A DNA stretch of 60,123 nucleotides from a virus. Taxonomy: Duplodnaviria; Caudoviricetes. Position 1 is the first letter of the stretch. Each line of letters begins with the position of its first letter. The position numbers were made by a program, and so were the translations under genes. Of this stretch, positions 58,292-60,123 are shown one piece after another. The notes under the pieces were generated by a model that made no database searches, was not told where the DNA came from, and was given only the letters and a program-made list of their open reading frames with translations. The stretch spans positions 1-60,123 of the IMG/VR virus record IMGVR_UViG_3300025853_000086; one strand, written 5' to 3'.

Positions 58292-58571
58292 AGGGCAGTG
58301 GCTCTTGGCTGAATGTTCAATGCGAATAATACACCATATATCGAAAATTTTTCTAGCACAATGAACCTACCCCCTCTTTTCTTGTTTAGGGGGGTGGGGA
58401 GCAGGGCTTTTGGTCGAGTAAAGTTCACTAATGATATAATGTTGTTGGTCCATCGAAGATTCGGGCAAAACATGGTTAGCCTAGGGCCAACCATAAGAGT
58501 GTCGTCTCTCAGGGGGGGTAGGGGGGGTAGGGGTGGCTTGGTGTTTTGTACCAAACGGTTTTTTAACGCGC

Positions 58572-58601
58572 AAAAAAATGCCCGCACTAGGCAGGCATTT
58601 T
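58572..58601 (-). terminator. Intrinsic terminator of the GA/TC-depleted gene
   Basis: AAAATGCCTGC-CTAGT-GCGGGCATTTTTTT. Confidence 0.85.
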
Positions 58602-58613
58602 GTACTGGTTGGT

Positions 58614-59042
58614 TTACTTGCTGGCTTGCGGTTGCACTACCAGCTTAACGTATGGTGTGCCCCACGTTGCGCTGCTAGGGCTATAGCCGCCTTGTAGCAT
58701 TGCCATTAGGCAAACGGGTTTTTTGCTGCTATGCCCTAGGGGCTTAGCGGCTGCCAGTATTGCTGCTAGGCTAGTGTTACCTTCCACCCCTTGCAGCAAC
58801 CAATCCTGTATGGTTTGGCGTACGCCGCCTGCTTTGCCGTTATAGCCAAACGGCACAGGGCTGCTAGTACCCGCCTGCACATTGGCCAGCGGCACAACTT
58901 GCACATTGTGTAAGTTGCCGCCTGCTGCTGTATTAACCCATGCCCACAGTTGCGCGTAAGTAATTTCCTTACCGCCAGTAAATGTAGCTACGTTTACTGC
59001 TGCTGCTGTAGTGTTTTTTGTTGCTGTTTTTGCTTTTGCCAT
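58614..59042 (-). CDS. Allele of 29-460 (GA/TC-depleted gene)
   Basis: Same protein minus one Thr. Confidence 0.93.
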   Translation of the reverse strand: MAKAKTATKNTTAAAVNVATFTGGKEITYAQLWAWVNTAAGGNLHNVQVVPLANVQAGTSSPVPFGYNGKAGGVRQTIQDWLLQGVEGNTSLAAILAAAKPLGHSSKKPVCLMAMLQGGYSPSSATWGTPYVKLVVQPQASK

Positions 59043-59287
59043 TTTTATATACCTATAGTTGTGTATGTGTGTGTGTGTGTGCCGCTGGGCACAGTTAAAT
59101 AATACTGTTTTTTGCCTTTATTGTAACCCCTTTATTTTAGAGGATTTTTTAGCATATACAGACACCACCTGTCGGTGTCTGTGGTCTTCTAACTTCTCCT
59201 CTGTTGAGATGGGAATGGGAATGGGAATGGTTTATCTTAAGGCAGCAGCCACCAGTAAGGCGACTGCCGTCAGTGCAAAGAAAATAC

Positions 59288-59449
59288 CTAGGAGCGCCAT
59301 GTCGCCATCAGCCCTCCGGCTACCATGAGTAGGCAACCTTGCATTGCAATCAAGCCTAGCCAGAACAACTCTTGAGCTTCAGCTGCTGAACAGGCAACGA
59401 TCAACCCTGTTAAGAACAGGACCATACCAATGTTGTTTATCAGTCTCAT
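59288..59449 (-). CDS. Allele of the 719-880 membrane protein
   Basis: One I/L change. Confidence 0.7.
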   Translation of the reverse strand: MRLINNIGMVLFLTGLIVACSAAEAQELFWLGLIAMQGCLLMVAGGLMATWRS

Positions 59450-59666
59450 ACCTTTCTCCGTATGTAGTGTTGGTGTGCAAGTGTAGTATGCCAAGCTGAC
59501 ACTGGGTGAGCTAGTCTTGTTTGTTCAACAATACTCCGTAGAGGATGATTGATAATAACACCGAGATTGATTGATAGTGATAGGTAGGGGGGAAGTTCTT
59601 CGGAATCATCAATACTCTTCTTTTCTCTGGAATGGGAATGGGAGAAAGGGGGACAAGCCCCCTTAA

Positions 59667-59852
59667 CTACCCCTCACTGATTTTTTCAAGCTGATACTCA
59701 TATGCCCAGTGACCGTTGTCTAAATCATAAGCAATGTCCCCTTTGTGAGGCTCACCGTCCTTTATTACTGTGGCTTGGACAGGATCCTCTATACCCCATC
59801 CGTCTCTCCACATCACCACGTCACCACTACTAAACTTGTACTTGTTACGCAT
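59667..59852 (-). CDS. Accessory 61-aa protein (SH3-like), present only in the right repeat copy
   Basis: F..GDVV.W pattern; SD AAGGGGG; flanked by 12-bp direct repeats. Confidence 0.75.
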   Translation of the reverse strand: MRNKYKFSSGDVVMWRDGWGIEDPVQATVIKDGEPHKGDIAYDLDNGHWAYEYQLEKISEG

Positions 59853-59869
59853 ATGTCAAGCCCCCTTAC

Positions 59870-60123
59870 TTACAGATTAGACAAGAAGTCAGTCAGGTCT
59901 TGTAGCTGCTTATCGTCACAAACAATAAACGCCCCGAGACAATTGACTTTTAAATAGTCATCATTAGTGTTGGTTATTGTAACGTCAGTCTGGTGCGTAT
60001 ACCCAGTAACCGAGATTTGGGTTAAATCATCAACCATTACCAACATGGTGTTGTCAGTCTTGTCAACAAACAACGGTTGTATACCCACTTGGTCAAGGGA
60101 TTTTAATACAGCATTAGTGCAAG
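59870..60123 (-). CDS. Allele of 1098-1361, truncated by the window end
   Basis: Identical translation. Confidence 0.85.
   Translation of the reverse strand, partial: CTNAVLKSLDQVGIQPLFVDKTDNTMLVMVDDLTQISVTGYTHQTDVTITNTNDDYLKVNCLGAFIVCDDKQLQDLTDFLSNL

Larger units (their letters stand above)
58586..60123. repeat. Right copy of the terminal repeat
   Basis: Colinear with 1-1351. Confidence 0.97.

Noticed and set aside
24863-58364. Many plus-strand ORFs of 60-230 aa
   Set aside because: They are antisense shadows of long minus-strand genes with no recognisable motifs.
58288-58648. ORFs 58288-58587 and 58313-58648
   Set aside because: They run through the G-tract and terminator with no SD; probably non-coding.
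59059-59081. (GT)n microsatellite as a phase-variation switch
   Set aside because: It is a short CA-rich 5' leader outside the coding frame and promoter spacer, more simply explained as GA/TC-free unstructured sequence.
1-60123. tRNA genes, integrase, phage RNA polymerase, stop-codon reassignment
   Set aside because: None was recognised by eye, and the genes are intact under the standard code. tRNAscan-SE and HMM searches would be needed to confirm absence.

Overview
The window is an apparently complete tailed dsDNA phage genome. The unit length is about 58.6 kb, and positions 1-1351 recur imperfectly at 58586-60123. Its layout resembles marine podovirus-like phages: family A DNA polymerase, primase-like protein, UvrD and SNF2 helicases, GroES, portal, terminases, major capsid protein, internal virion proteins and tail fibres. 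Almost every gene is on the minus strand, and I found no integrase, RNA polymerase or tRNA. A thymidine-modification cluster is present: a dUMP-hydroxymethylase-type thymidylate synthase homolog, a GT-B glycosyltransferase, an aGPT-Pplase1/HMUDK-helical protein, an Nmad1-like protein and an HD hydrolase. The most unusual signal is compositional. A ~630 bp segment holding one whole transcription unit has almost no GA/TC dinucleotides, even at the cost of Asp/Glu residues. A normal-composition paralog of that gene lies 1.2 kb away, and the neighbouring transcription units are separated by GA/TC-dense spacer islands. I infer a dinucleotide-encoded system, with a modification-free or defence-invisible 'bootstrap' gene plus modification-dense roadblocks or decoys. 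The genome also carries a perfect parS-like palindrome, two inverted-repeat elements with dif/XerD-like arms, and an iteron-like array. Product calls come from motif recognition, not database searches, and all counts are by hand.
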